Positions 16,725-24,076 of a stretch of DNA of 27,508 nucleotides are shown in pieces. The notes under the pieces were generated by a model. It was not told the origin of the DNA. It saw nothing but the letters and a program-made list of their open reading frames with translations, and did not search any database. The position numbers were made by a program, and so were the translations under genes. Numbering within the stretch: the first letter of the stretch is position 1; every line of letters starts with the position of its first letter. Source of the stretch: an uncultured Candidatus Saccharibacteria bacterium (GTDB taxonomy: Bacteria > Patescibacteriota > Minisyncoccia > UBA6257 > CAYSDW01); assembly GCA_964623795.1 (NCBI GenBank), contig CAZUVI010000001.1, positions 8,315 to 35,822 of the forward strand. Direction: 5' to 3'.

Positions 16725-17249
16725 TTAGCGGGTTTTGGCGAAAATTACGTCGTCGATGAGCTTATTTCCCCTTTTCACTACGTTTTTACGGATACCCTCT
16801 CGTTTATAGCCGCATTTTTCTAATACCCGCATTGATCCTCTGTTGTGGATAAAAACATGTGCGTAAATTCTCCGAAGGCCGAGTTTTCTAAAACCGAAGT
16901 CGGTAAGAAGCTTTAGGGCGTCGGTCATTATTCCTTTATTCCAGTATTTCCTTGCAAGCCAGTATCCTACTTCTGCCTTGTGGCCTTTTACCAGGTGGTG
17001 AAACCCTATGGCACCGGCAACTTCTCCGTTGATATCAACTACAAACGACATCGTCTCGGGCGTTTTCTTCCGATTTTCCTTCATACATTTCGCTATCCAC
17101 TGTCGAGCATCCCGGAGAGTATAAGGGAAAGGAACGCCTAGAGTGTTCTGGCTGATAGTCTTGTCGTTAATGTTCCCTGCAAGCGAGAGCGCGTCGCTCT
17201 TCCGGTAGGGCCGCAGAACGAACCGTCGAGATTTGATCATCGTCTTCAT
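16725..17249 (-). CDS. GNAT N-acetyltransferase, RimJ/RimL family
   Basis: LRPYRKSDA, AEVGYWLARKYWNKGIMT, NRGSMRVLEKCGYKREG. Low GC (40-48% in three sampled 60-nt lines). Confidence 0.9.
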   Translation of the reverse strand: MKTMIKSRRFVLRPYRKSDALSLAGNINDKTISQNTLGVPFPYTLRDARQWIAKCMKENRKKTPETMSFVVDINGEVAGAIGFHHLVKGHKAEVGYWLARKYWNKGIMTDALKLLTDFGFRKLGLRRIYAHVFIHNRGSMRVLEKCGYKREGIRKNVVKRGNKLIDDVIFAKTR

Positions 17250-17258
17250 GACGTTGTC

Positions 17259-18545
17259 CTAACCAAGGCGGTCGTTCTGGATGAAGATCTTGAGGCCGGC
17301 GAGCCAGGTGCGCAGGGCCTGGCCGAGCGGCATGACGGACTTGAGATAGTAGAACTCCACAAGACCCTTCAATACCCAGCCCATGAGGCCCGTGATGATC
17401 ACGGGACCGAACTTGGCGACGGCGTGCTTGCCGCCGACGGGGATGATGTAAGGATAGTTCAGGGGCCGATAGACCTTGTGGCGGATCTTCCTCGAGATGC
17501 CCTCCGCCGCCTTGATGTCCTCGACGGCGTTATGCGCCACGATGTCCGCCTGGATGAGCGCGGCGCGCGCAACGCCCGGCATGGGCCGCTTGGTCACGGG
17601 GTCGTAAAAGCAGATCGCATCGCCCAAGCCGTAGATCTCGCCGTGGAGCTTGAGGTCCGGCGTTTCGGGGAGGCATTCCATGTTCTCGGTCACCTCAATG
17701 CGTCCGCGCTTCTCGCGTTTCACGGGCAAGCCAGCGATGGTCCGCGACGCTTTAACGCCGCCAGCCCAGACAAGGACGTCGTAGAGAATGCGCCGCCCGC
17801 TTTTGAGCCGCACCTCTTTCGCGTCGACGGATTCGATGCTTTCGCCGGTCGAAAGTTCTACGCCGAGCTTCCTAAGGCGCGTTTCCACTGCCGCGGTAAC
17901 GCGGGGATCGAAGCCGCCCAAGATCGAGGGACCGATCTCGACGATCGTCACGGAGGCGGTGCATACCCTCCGCTCCTGCATCTCGCACGCCCATTCGAGG
18001 ATCTCGGCGCCGAGCTCGACGCCGGTCGAGCCGCCGCCGCCGATGACCACCCGCACCGGAGCGCCTCCCGCCCGCCGCTCCGAGAGCGCATCCCGGATCA
18101 CGCGGGCCCCTTCGAAGGTCTTGAGGTCCAGGGCGTGTTCCTTGAGGCCCGGTATGTCGAAAAAGTTCGTTTCGGAACCCAGCGCGAAGACCAGGCAGTC
18201 GAAGGTGAGCTTCCGGCCGTCCGAGAGATGCACGTCGCCTTCCTTGAGGTCGAGGAGCTCCACTTCGGCCTTGATGAAGCGGACGGGCGATCCGGCGATG
18301 AGCTCGGAGACAGGGAAGGCGACGATGGACTTGAGCTTGATGGCATCCGCCGTTTCTTTCGAGGTCGTCGCTATCTCGTAGAGCGTCGGCGTGTACGTGT
18401 GGTAGTCGTTCCGGTCCACCAGAACGACCTCATAGCGGTCGAGAAGGTCGAGGCGGCGAAGCTTTCGAGCAATGTTCCGCGCCGCACGCAACCCGCCGAA
18501 GCCGGCGCCGAGGACCAAAATTGTCTTTAGGGGTTTCGATTGCAT
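17259..18545 (-). CDS. ndh: Type II NADH dehydrogenase-like FAD/NAD oxidoreductase
   Basis: GAGFGG (FAD), HTYTPTLYE, GGGSTGVE (NAD), YGLGDA, ARAALIQA, C-terminal amphipathic membrane segment. Confidence 0.8.
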   Translation of the reverse strand: MQSKPLKTILVLGAGFGGLRAARNIARKLRRLDLLDRYEVVLVDRNDYHTYTPTLYEIATTSKETADAIKLKSIVAFPVSELIAGSPVRFIKAEVELLDLKEGDVHLSDGRKLTFDCLVFALGSETNFFDIPGLKEHALDLKTFEGARVIRDALSERRAGGAPVRVVIGGGGSTGVELGAEILEWACEMQERRVCTASVTIVEIGPSILGGFDPRVTAAVETRLRKLGVELSTGESIESVDAKEVRLKSGRRILYDVLVWAGGVKASRTIAGLPVKREKRGRIEVTENMECLPETPDLKLHGEIYGLGDAICFYDPVTKRPMPGVARAALIQADIVAHNAVEDIKAAEGISRKIRHKVYRPLNYPYIIPVGGKHAVAKFGPVIITGLMGWVLKGLVEFYYLKSVMPLGQALRTWLAGLKIFIQNDRLG

Positions 18546-18553
18546 ATATCCGT

Positions 18554-18561
18554 ATTATAAT
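18554..18561. promoter_or_regulatory. Bidirectional -10 box ATTATAAT shared by ndh and pgk
   Basis: TATAAT on both strands: 6 nt before the pgk GTG and 8 nt before the ndh ATG. Confidence 0.65.
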
Positions 18562-18567
18562 TGAAAC

Positions 18568-19653
18568 GTGCCCATTCGTTATGTTGACGAAGTAAATCCC
18601 GCAAAGCTCCGGGGCGTTGCGCTTCTCCGGCTCGATTTCAACGCCGAGGATGACTGGCGCATGCGCGCCGCGCTCCCCACGGTGCGTTTGCTCATGCGCC
18701 ATGCGCGCGCCGTGCTGGTTCTAAGCCACCGCGGCCGGCCCAAGGGACGCGACCCGAAGCTCTCCCTCCGGCGCGATGCCGTACACCTATCGCGGCTCAT
18801 CGGCGCGTCTGTTCGGTTCGCGCAAAACATGGCGTCGGCGCGGCGCATGCTCGCGGCGGGCGGCATCGTGGTCCTCGAGAACCTCCGCTTCGAGAAAGGA
18901 GAGGAGAAGAACGACCCCGTCTTCGCGAAACGTCTTGCCGCGCTGGGCGACTATTACGTGAACGACGCTTTTCCGGTCTCGCACCGCGCGAACGCCTCCG
19001 TCGCCGCCGTCACGAGGTTCCTCCCGTCCCACGGCGGGCTTTCGCTCAAAGAGGAGCTCCGAAATCTCTCGCGGGTGATGCGCCGGCCCCGGCGGCCGCT
19101 CGTGATGATCTTCGGCGGGGCGAAGATCAGCGACAAGCTCGGGATCTTCATCCGCTTCCGACGCGCCGCCGACCGTTTCCTTGTGGGCGGCGCGCTTGCG
19201 AACACCCTTCTTGCGCTTCGCGGGATGGACATGCGGGAGTCCCTGGTGGAGAAAAAGCTGCCGAAGAAGGTCCGCGCGATCCTCGGCTACCGGAACGTCC
19301 TTGTGCCCGAAGACGTGGTCTGGCATGGGAGGAGAGCGTTCGACATCGGCGGGCGGAGCATACGGTTGTTCTCGAAGGAGATCGCGAAGGCCCGCACCAT
19401 CGTCTGGAACGGCCCCATGGGCGTTTTTGAGAACCGCTCCTATGCCAAGGGCACAAAGGCGGTGGGAGCGGCGATCGCAAAGAATCGCAAGGCCTTTTCG
19501 CTCGCGGGAGGAGGAGAGACGGTGACGGCGCTCAAGAAGTTCGGGTTCGATAAACGCCTATCCTTCGTTTCGACCGGCGGCGGCGCGATGCTCGAGTTTC
19601 TCTCGGGCAAGAAGCTCCCCGGCATAGTCGCCCTCGAGAAAAATCGAAAGTAG
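18568..19653 (+). CDS. pgk: Phosphoglycerate kinase (compact, 361 aa)
   Basis: LRLDFN, SHRGRP, LENLRF, YVNDAF-VSHR, GGAKISDK, WNGPMGVFE, AGGGET, VSTGGGAMLEFL-GKKLPG. GTG start. Confidence 0.95.
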   Translation: MPIRYVDEVNPAKLRGVALLRLDFNAEDDWRMRAALPTVRLLMRHARAVLVLSHRGRPKGRDPKLSLRRDAVHLSRLIGASVRFAQNMASARRMLAAGGIVVLENLRFEKGEEKNDPVFAKRLAALGDYYVNDAFPVSHRANASVAAVTRFLPSHGGLSLKEELRNLSRVMRRPRRPLVMIFGGAKISDKLGIFIRFRRAADRFLVGGALANTLLALRGMDMRESLVEKKLPKKVRAILGYRNVLVPEDVVWHGRRAFDIGGRSIRLFSKEIAKARTIVWNGPMGVFENRSYAKGTKAVGAAIAKNRKAFSLAGGGETVTALKKFGFDKRLSFVSTGGGAMLEFLSGKKLPGIVALEKNRK

Positions 19654-19672
19654 GATATACTCCAGTATCTCC

Positions 19673-20542
19673 ATGAGCAAATTCGTTGAACGGCGCAAAC
19701 GGACGCGCGTGCCCAAAAAAGATATCGTCGTCTTCTACCATTCGAACTGCACCGACGGCTTTACTGGTGCCTGGGCGGCATGGAAGAAGTTCGGCGATAC
19801 GGCGGACTATGTGGCGTGGGTGCATCAGACGCCTCTACCTCCTCTTAAGGGCAAGGAGCTCTACTTTATCGACATCTGTCCCAGGGAGGATGAGGTAAAG
19901 CGGCTTCTCGCAGCGAACCGGCGCGTAACGGCCATTGACCATCACATTACGGCAGAAACGGCGGTCAAGATGACGGACCGTTATTCCTACGCCCTCGAGC
20001 ACTCCGGCGCCATGCTTGCCTGGCTCTATTTTCATCCCGGAAAGAAGGCGCCCAAACTTCTTCGCTACGTGGAAGACCACGACCTGTTTTTGAAAAAGAT
20101 GCCGCATACGGATGCGGTTCACGCCTATCTCGACCTTTTCAATTTTGAATTTCGCCGCTGGAGCCGCTTCGCGCGTGAGTTCGAAAAGAAATCGTTCGAG
20201 AAAAAGCATGTTGCGATCGGGAAGTTGATTTTGGAACACGAGCAGAAACTTGTGGAACGCATCGTTTCCACGACCGCGGTGCCCGTGGAGTTTTTCGGCA
20301 TCCGGACGCTCGCAGTGAACTCTCCGACTTTGGGGTCGGAAATAGCTTTCGCGCTCTACAGCAAAAAGCCGCCCATGGGCATCGTCTGGTACGAGCGCGA
20401 CGGACAGATCAAGGTGTCTCTTCGTTCGAACGGCACGGTGAACGTTGCGAAATTTGCGGAGAAGTTCGGCGGAGGAGGGCATAAGGCGGCTGCGGGATTC
20501 GCTGTTCCGGTCAATAAGGGAGTGCCGTGGAAGCGGCTCTAG
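19673..20542 (+). CDS. DHH/DHHA1 family phosphoesterase (NrnA-like)
   Basis: YHSNCTDGF, IDHH, DHDL, SLRS, GGGGHKAAAGF. Confidence 0.88.
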   Translation: MSKFVERRKRTRVPKKDIVVFYHSNCTDGFTGAWAAWKKFGDTADYVAWVHQTPLPPLKGKELYFIDICPREDEVKRLLAANRRVTAIDHHITAETAVKMTDRYSYALEHSGAMLAWLYFHPGKKAPKLLRYVEDHDLFLKKMPHTDAVHAYLDLFNFEFRRWSRFAREFEKKSFEKKHVAIGKLILEHEQKLVERIVSTTAVPVEFFGIRTLAVNSPTLGSEIAFALYSKKPPMGIVWYERDGQIKVSLRSNGTVNVAKFAEKFGGGGHKAAAGFAVPVNKGVPWKRL

Positions 20543-20549
20543 GGAACGC

Positions 20550-21200
20550 ATGAAAGCAAAAGAGCGAGCGCAGAAGAAGTATTATGCCTACGTCGTTCCC
20601 GCAAAGCATGTGCGGGGAGTCACGGGAAGCTGGACTGAATGCGAAAAGATCGTTTCCGGCGTAAGCGGTGCTCGCTATAGGGGGTTTAAGATGGAGGCGG
20701 AAGCCAGGGCATGGCTTGCGGAAGGAGCCGTCTATGCTGAACGGAAAACGCCGGTTGCGTATGGCGCAAAAAAAATAAAGAAGCCGCTCGAATCGGGGAT
20801 CTATTTCGATGCGGGGACCGGCAGGGGAGAGGGCGTCGAGATCAGCGTTACCGATGAGCGGGGTCGCGATCTTCTCGCGGATGTCCTAAAACGCGGAAAA
20901 GTAAACCGTTTTGGCAAACATCTTCTCGGCAGGGGGGTCACCAACAATTACGGCGAACTCCTCGCGTGTCGCTACGCCCTTGCTCTTGCGCGCAAAAGGA
21001 GGATCAAGAAAATTTTCGGCGACAGCAAACTCGTTATCGACTGGTGGTCCAGGGGGTTCATCCGGGAAAAGAAAGTCGCGCCGGAAACGGTGAAGCTCGC
21101 GGCGCAGGTCAAGAAGCTTCGCGAAGAGTTCGCCCGGGCGGGCGGGAAGGTGGCGCATGTCCCCGGAAGCAGGAACCCCGCAGACCTCGGCTTCCACTAA
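20550..21200 (+). CDS. rnhA: Ribonuclease HI with N-terminal hybrid-binding (Cauli_VI-like) domain
   Basis: KKYYAY...SWTECEKIVSG...YRGF...EARAWL, then YFDAG, TNNYGELLA, FGDSKLVI, HVPG...NPADLGFH. Start ATG 20550. Confidence 0.8.
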   Translation: MKAKERAQKKYYAYVVPAKHVRGVTGSWTECEKIVSGVSGARYRGFKMEAEARAWLAEGAVYAERKTPVAYGAKKIKKPLESGIYFDAGTGRGEGVEISVTDERGRDLLADVLKRGKVNRFGKHLLGRGVTNNYGELLACRYALALARKRRIKKIFGDSKLVIDWWSRGFIREKKVAPETVKLAAQVKKLREEFARAGGKVAHVPGSRNPADLGFH

Positions 21201-21203
21201 CGC

Positions 21204-21223
21204 AAAACGCCCCTCGCGGGGCG
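21204..21223 (-). terminator. Intrinsic terminator downstream of rnpB
   Basis: CGCCCC-GCGA-GGGGCG followed by TTTT on the minus strand. Confidence 0.6.
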
Positions 21224-21229
21224 CTCGCG

Positions 21230-21579
21230 GTCGGTGGCCGATACGCGGGATTCTGTCATAGTCGCGTAAAGCGACCGGGACGGCAATTTATCTGGGCTCC
21301 GCATTACTGCGGGGCTCGAGCGGCACTCCCCGTAAGGGGCGCGGCCTTGCACTCGGTAAGGATTTGGCCGTTTCACCTCCGCTTTTTTATCCCTATAGCG
21401 GAGTTGGACCTTCGAGCTTGGGATGGGGTCCTCCCGAAGGTTTCCCCTCGGGACGTCACTGTTCGCACCTCTGCATTGCTGCTGACGGCTGTTAGCCGCT
21501 ACCGTTCCCCGCCGAAGCGGGGGAGTGTCCCGACGTTCCTCCCTGCCGTGAAGGCAGAGTAGCCGTCTGGACCACCAAC
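21230..21579 (-). ncRNA. rnpB: RNase P RNA (catalytic subunit), atypical architecture
   Basis: Minus strand shows P1 GUUGGUGGU/GCCACCGAC, P2 GACGGC/GCCGUC, GAGGAACGUCGGGAC (CR-I), GUGCGAACAGUGA (CR-II), GGUGAAACGG (CR-III), AGAUAAAUUGC (CR-IV), GACAGAAUCCCGCGUA (CR-V); near-consensus promoter upstream. Confidence 0.92.
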
Positions 21580-21585
21580 GACAGA

Positions 21586-21636
21586 ATCATACCCCGCGGG
21601 CCGCATCTTGTCAAAATAGAAAAAATAGTGCATAAT
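21586..21636. promoter_or_regulatory. Back-to-back promoters for rnpB (-) and SemiSWEET (+)
   Basis: Minus strand: TTGACA (21614-21609)-17 nt-TATGAT (21591-21586). Plus strand: TTGTCA (21608-21613)-17 nt-CATAAT (21631-21636). The two -35 hexamers overlap in TTGTCAA. Confidence 0.8.
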
Positions 21637-21672
21637 TGAGCGCAGTAAATTTACGCATGGAGGAGGGGACAA

Positions 21673-21936
21673 GTGGATAAAAGGACGGAGGTTCTCGGAT
21701 TGGTTTCCGGCGCTCTCACCACCTCTTCGTTCCTGCCGCAGGTCGTTGCGGTGTGGCGGATGGCGCCGAAGCCGGCAGCGGACATTTCGATGCTGATGTA
21801 CGGCATCCTTCTCGTCGGCATAGTGGGATGGATCGTCTACGGCTTCAGGATCAAGTCATGGCCGGTGAAGATCTGGAATGTGCTTTCCCTGCTGCTCGCT
21901 CTCGCCGTCTTCAGCTACAAGCTGATCTACGGGTAA
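21673..21936 (+). CDS. SemiSWEET (PQ-loop/MtN3) sugar transporter
   Basis: 87 aa with 3 TM helices; LTTSSFLPQ, DISMLMY, GWIVYG, IWN. GTG start with GGAGG SD. Confidence 0.88.
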   Translation: MDKRTEVLGLVSGALTTSSFLPQVVAVWRMAPKPAADISMLMYGILLVGIVGWIVYGFRIKSWPVKIWNVLSLLLALAVFSYKLIYG

Positions 21937-21958
21937 CGGAAGAGAGGAGGGAACCGTC

Positions 21959-22210
21959 TTGGCACAAGGAATTCGTGTCATCGCAGTTGCCAGGGACGAC
22001 GGCGGAGTTGCCGTAAGCGTGCTCCTTGGATTCGAGGAGATCGAGGTCAGGTTTCGCAAGGGGAACGGCCGCCTCGAGGAGATATCGCGCGTCTTCCACG
22101 GAAAGGGCGCGGGTACCAGCCACTGGATCCCCCGCGGACTCTATCTTCGGTTCATCCGAACCGCGTGGGGAGTGTTCGAAAACAGCCCCAAGGAAGGAGC
22201 CGTTCCATGA
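21959..22210 (+). CDS. Small hypothetical protein (83 aa)
   Basis: TTG start preceded by GAGGAGG; its stop overlaps the next ATG (ATGA). Confidence 0.6.
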   Translation: MAQGIRVIAVARDDGGVAVSVLLGFEEIEVRFRKGNGRLEEISRVFHGKGAGTSHWIPRGLYLRFIRTAWGVFENSPKEGAVP

Positions 22211-22362
22211 CGAAGCGCAGGCCTCTCTGTTACCCGTACTCCCGATGGTGGCAAAAGCTGTGGATGTTTCTCCATGGCTGTGGCCGCCGGAACATCAGAC
22301 ACGATGGGATGGGAGGCGCGGATTGCGGCACGTGCGGCCGGATGCTGTGGGTTGGGTTGTAG
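22207..22362 (+). CDS. Small Cys/His/Trp-rich hypothetical protein (51 aa) with a CxxC
   Basis: MTKRRPLCYPYSRWWQKLWMFLHGCGRRNIRHDGMGGADCGTCGRMLWVGL; AAGGAG upstream, ATGA coupling, terminator hairpin downstream. Confidence 0.55.
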   Translation: MTKRRPLCYPYSRWWQKLWMFLHGCGRRNIRHDGMGGADCGTCGRMLWVGL

Positions 22363-22394
22363 TGCCTGTCGGTCTCGGCATCGAGTAGATGTCC

Positions 22395-22419
22395 GGCGCC
22401 CCGCATCATGCGGGGCGCC
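22395..22419. terminator. Terminator-like hairpin between convergent units
   Basis: GGCGCCCCGCAT-C-ATGCGGGGCGCC, a perfect 12-bp inverted repeat followed by AAAACTTTT. Confidence 0.65.
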
Positions 22420-22464
22420 AAAACTTTTACCGTACTTTTATCGCATCCGCTTGCTCTTTCTGCA

Positions 22465-22502
22465 GTTACATTATAATACGCCATGGCGTATTATAATGTA
22501 AC
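22465..22502. repeat. Perfect 38-bp AT-rich palindrome
   Basis: GTTACATTATAATACGCCA|TGGCGTATTATAATGTAAC, with no spacer and no mismatch. Confidence 0.9.
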
Positions 22503-22540
22503 GCCAATAACTAGACTCAGGTTACGAATGTAATTTGATT

Positions 22541-23215
22541 TTATTTTGGTAAGAGGCCCTTCTTTTTAAGCGCGAGCGTGATGGGGCACTTCGCATGGTC
22601 GTGGGGCCTCGCGGGGCAGTACTTCCTCCCGTAGTCGATGAGGCGATAGGTGAGTTTGAACCATTCTTTCTTCGGGTAGAGCGCCATCAGATCACGCTCT
22701 ATCTTTACCGGATCGTCGTGGGTCGTGAGGCCGTATTTCTTGGCAAGGCGGCGTACGTGCGTGTCGACGGCGATGCCCAGGACGACGCCGTAGGCGTTCC
22801 CCAGGACCACGTTCGCGGTCTTGCGCGCCACGCCGGGAATGGTGAGCATCTCCGGCATCGTTTTCGGAAGCTTGCCGCCGAACTTTTCCTTGACGAGTTT
22901 CGCCGCCGCGAGGATGTTCTTCGTTTTTGCGCGGTAGAATCCGGCGGAGTGGATATCGCGCTCAAACTCTTGCCGGTCAGCGCGTACGTAGTCGTCGAGG
23001 GAGCGGTACTTTCTGAAAAGCTTCGCTGTAATCTCATTCACCTTTTTGTCGGTGCATTGGGCGGAAAGGATGACGGCGACCAAAAGCTGCCAGTTGTTCC
23101 CGTAGCGGAGCGAGATCCGCGCCTGCGGGAGGATCTTTTTAAGCACGGATAGCGTCACCCGGGCGCGCTTCTTGACAAGAGGAAGATGTGGCGTGTTTTG
23201 AGCGGTTTTCCACAT
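22541..23215 (-). CDS. nth: Endonuclease III (HhH-GPD), degenerate Fe-S motif
   Basis: QLLVAVILSAQCTDKKVN, GFYRAK, HhH IPGVARKTANVV, AVDTHVRR. Confidence 0.93.
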   Translation of the reverse strand: MWKTAQNTPHLPLVKKRARVTLSVLKKILPQARISLRYGNNWQLLVAVILSAQCTDKKVNEITAKLFRKYRSLDDYVRADRQEFERDIHSAGFYRAKTKNILAAAKLVKEKFGGKLPKTMPEMLTIPGVARKTANVVLGNAYGVVLGIAVDTHVRRLAKKYGLTTHDDPVKIERDLMALYPKKEWFKLTYRLIDYGRKYCPARPHDHAKCPITLALKKKGLLPK

Positions 23216-23266
23216 GGGGTCGGGGTCGGATGTTATGAGGATATGCTTTATGGTACTATGGAACCC

Positions 23267-24058
23267 ATGAGATCAATAACCAAATTAATAGTTTCGGGGT
23301 CGACGGCCTTCGCCCTCATGGGCGCCGTCGTGATCCCCGCCGTCGCGCAAACGGGGAGCGCAACGACGAGTCCGCGAGATCTCCGTGATCAGCGGCGTAC
23401 AGAGGTGCGCGAGATGCGGGAGGCGCAGAAGGTCGATTTTGAGGCGCGCCGCGAAGAGTTGAAGAAGCAGATCGAGGAACAGCGCAACGCGGTCAAAGAG
23501 AACTTTCAGGCGGTCCGGGAAGCGACGCGCGTGAAGGTAGAGGAGAAGCGTGAGGAGTTTAAAACCAGGGTTCAGGCGATTAAGGATGAGCGCAAGAAGG
23601 AACGCGCGCTCCGTGTCGACGACCAGCTGAGCAAGCTGAACGAGCGCTGGACCACGCACTTCATAAACGTGCTTGACCAACTAAACAACGTGCTCGGCAA
23701 GGTCCAGCTCCGCATGGAGAAGGCGGAGGCGAACGGGGCAGACGTTCTCCGCGTGAAGACCGCGATCGAGGCGGCAAAGACCGCGATCGGCACGGCTCGC
23801 CAAGCGGTCGAGGCGCAGGCGAAGAAGTCGTACTCTGTGACGTTCACGTCGGAAGACGCCCTGAAGCAGGCGATGCGGAACGCCCGCCAACTGCTCCACC
23901 GCGACCTTACGGCGCTCCGCGACGGCGCGATGAAGAACGCCCGCCAGGCGGTGCAGAACGCCATCCAGTCGCTCCGCGACATCCCGCGCGTGGATGAGGA
24001 GTCGGCAACTTCGACGCCCCCCGTGGCGACGTCGACGGCGACGACATCAGCTCAATAA
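23267..24058 (+). CDS. Exported long coiled-coil protein of unknown function
   Basis: Signal-peptide-like N-terminus ending IPAVA-Q, E/K/R/Q-rich heptads, Thr/Ser-rich ends. Start ATG 23267 lies 7 nt after TACTAT; 23258 is an alternative. Confidence 0.7.
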   Translation: MRSITKLIVSGSTAFALMGAVVIPAVAQTGSATTSPRDLRDQRRTEVREMREAQKVDFEARREELKKQIEEQRNAVKENFQAVREATRVKVEEKREEFKTRVQAIKDERKKERALRVDDQLSKLNERWTTHFINVLDQLNNVLGKVQLRMEKAEANGADVLRVKTAIEAAKTAIGTARQAVEAQAKKSYSVTFTSEDALKQAMRNARQLLHRDLTALRDGAMKNARQAVQNAIQSLRDIPRVDEESATSTPPVATSTATTSAQ

Positions 24059-24076
24059 GGCAAACTCGTCATTACC

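Noticed and set aside
12153-20551. Alternative-frame ORFs such as 12153-13223, 14670-16205, 17424-18530 and 19835-20551
   Set aside because: Each fully overlaps a well-supported gene on the opposite strand and has shadow-like composition.
20966-21562. 198-aa ORF over the rnpB region
   Set aside because: It is the antisense of RNase P RNA plus an off-frame part of rnhA.
22465-22502. Canonical XerCD dif site
   Set aside because: No match to the 11-6-11 GGTGCGCATAA-N6-TTATGTTAAAT consensus; kept only as a non-canonical candidate.
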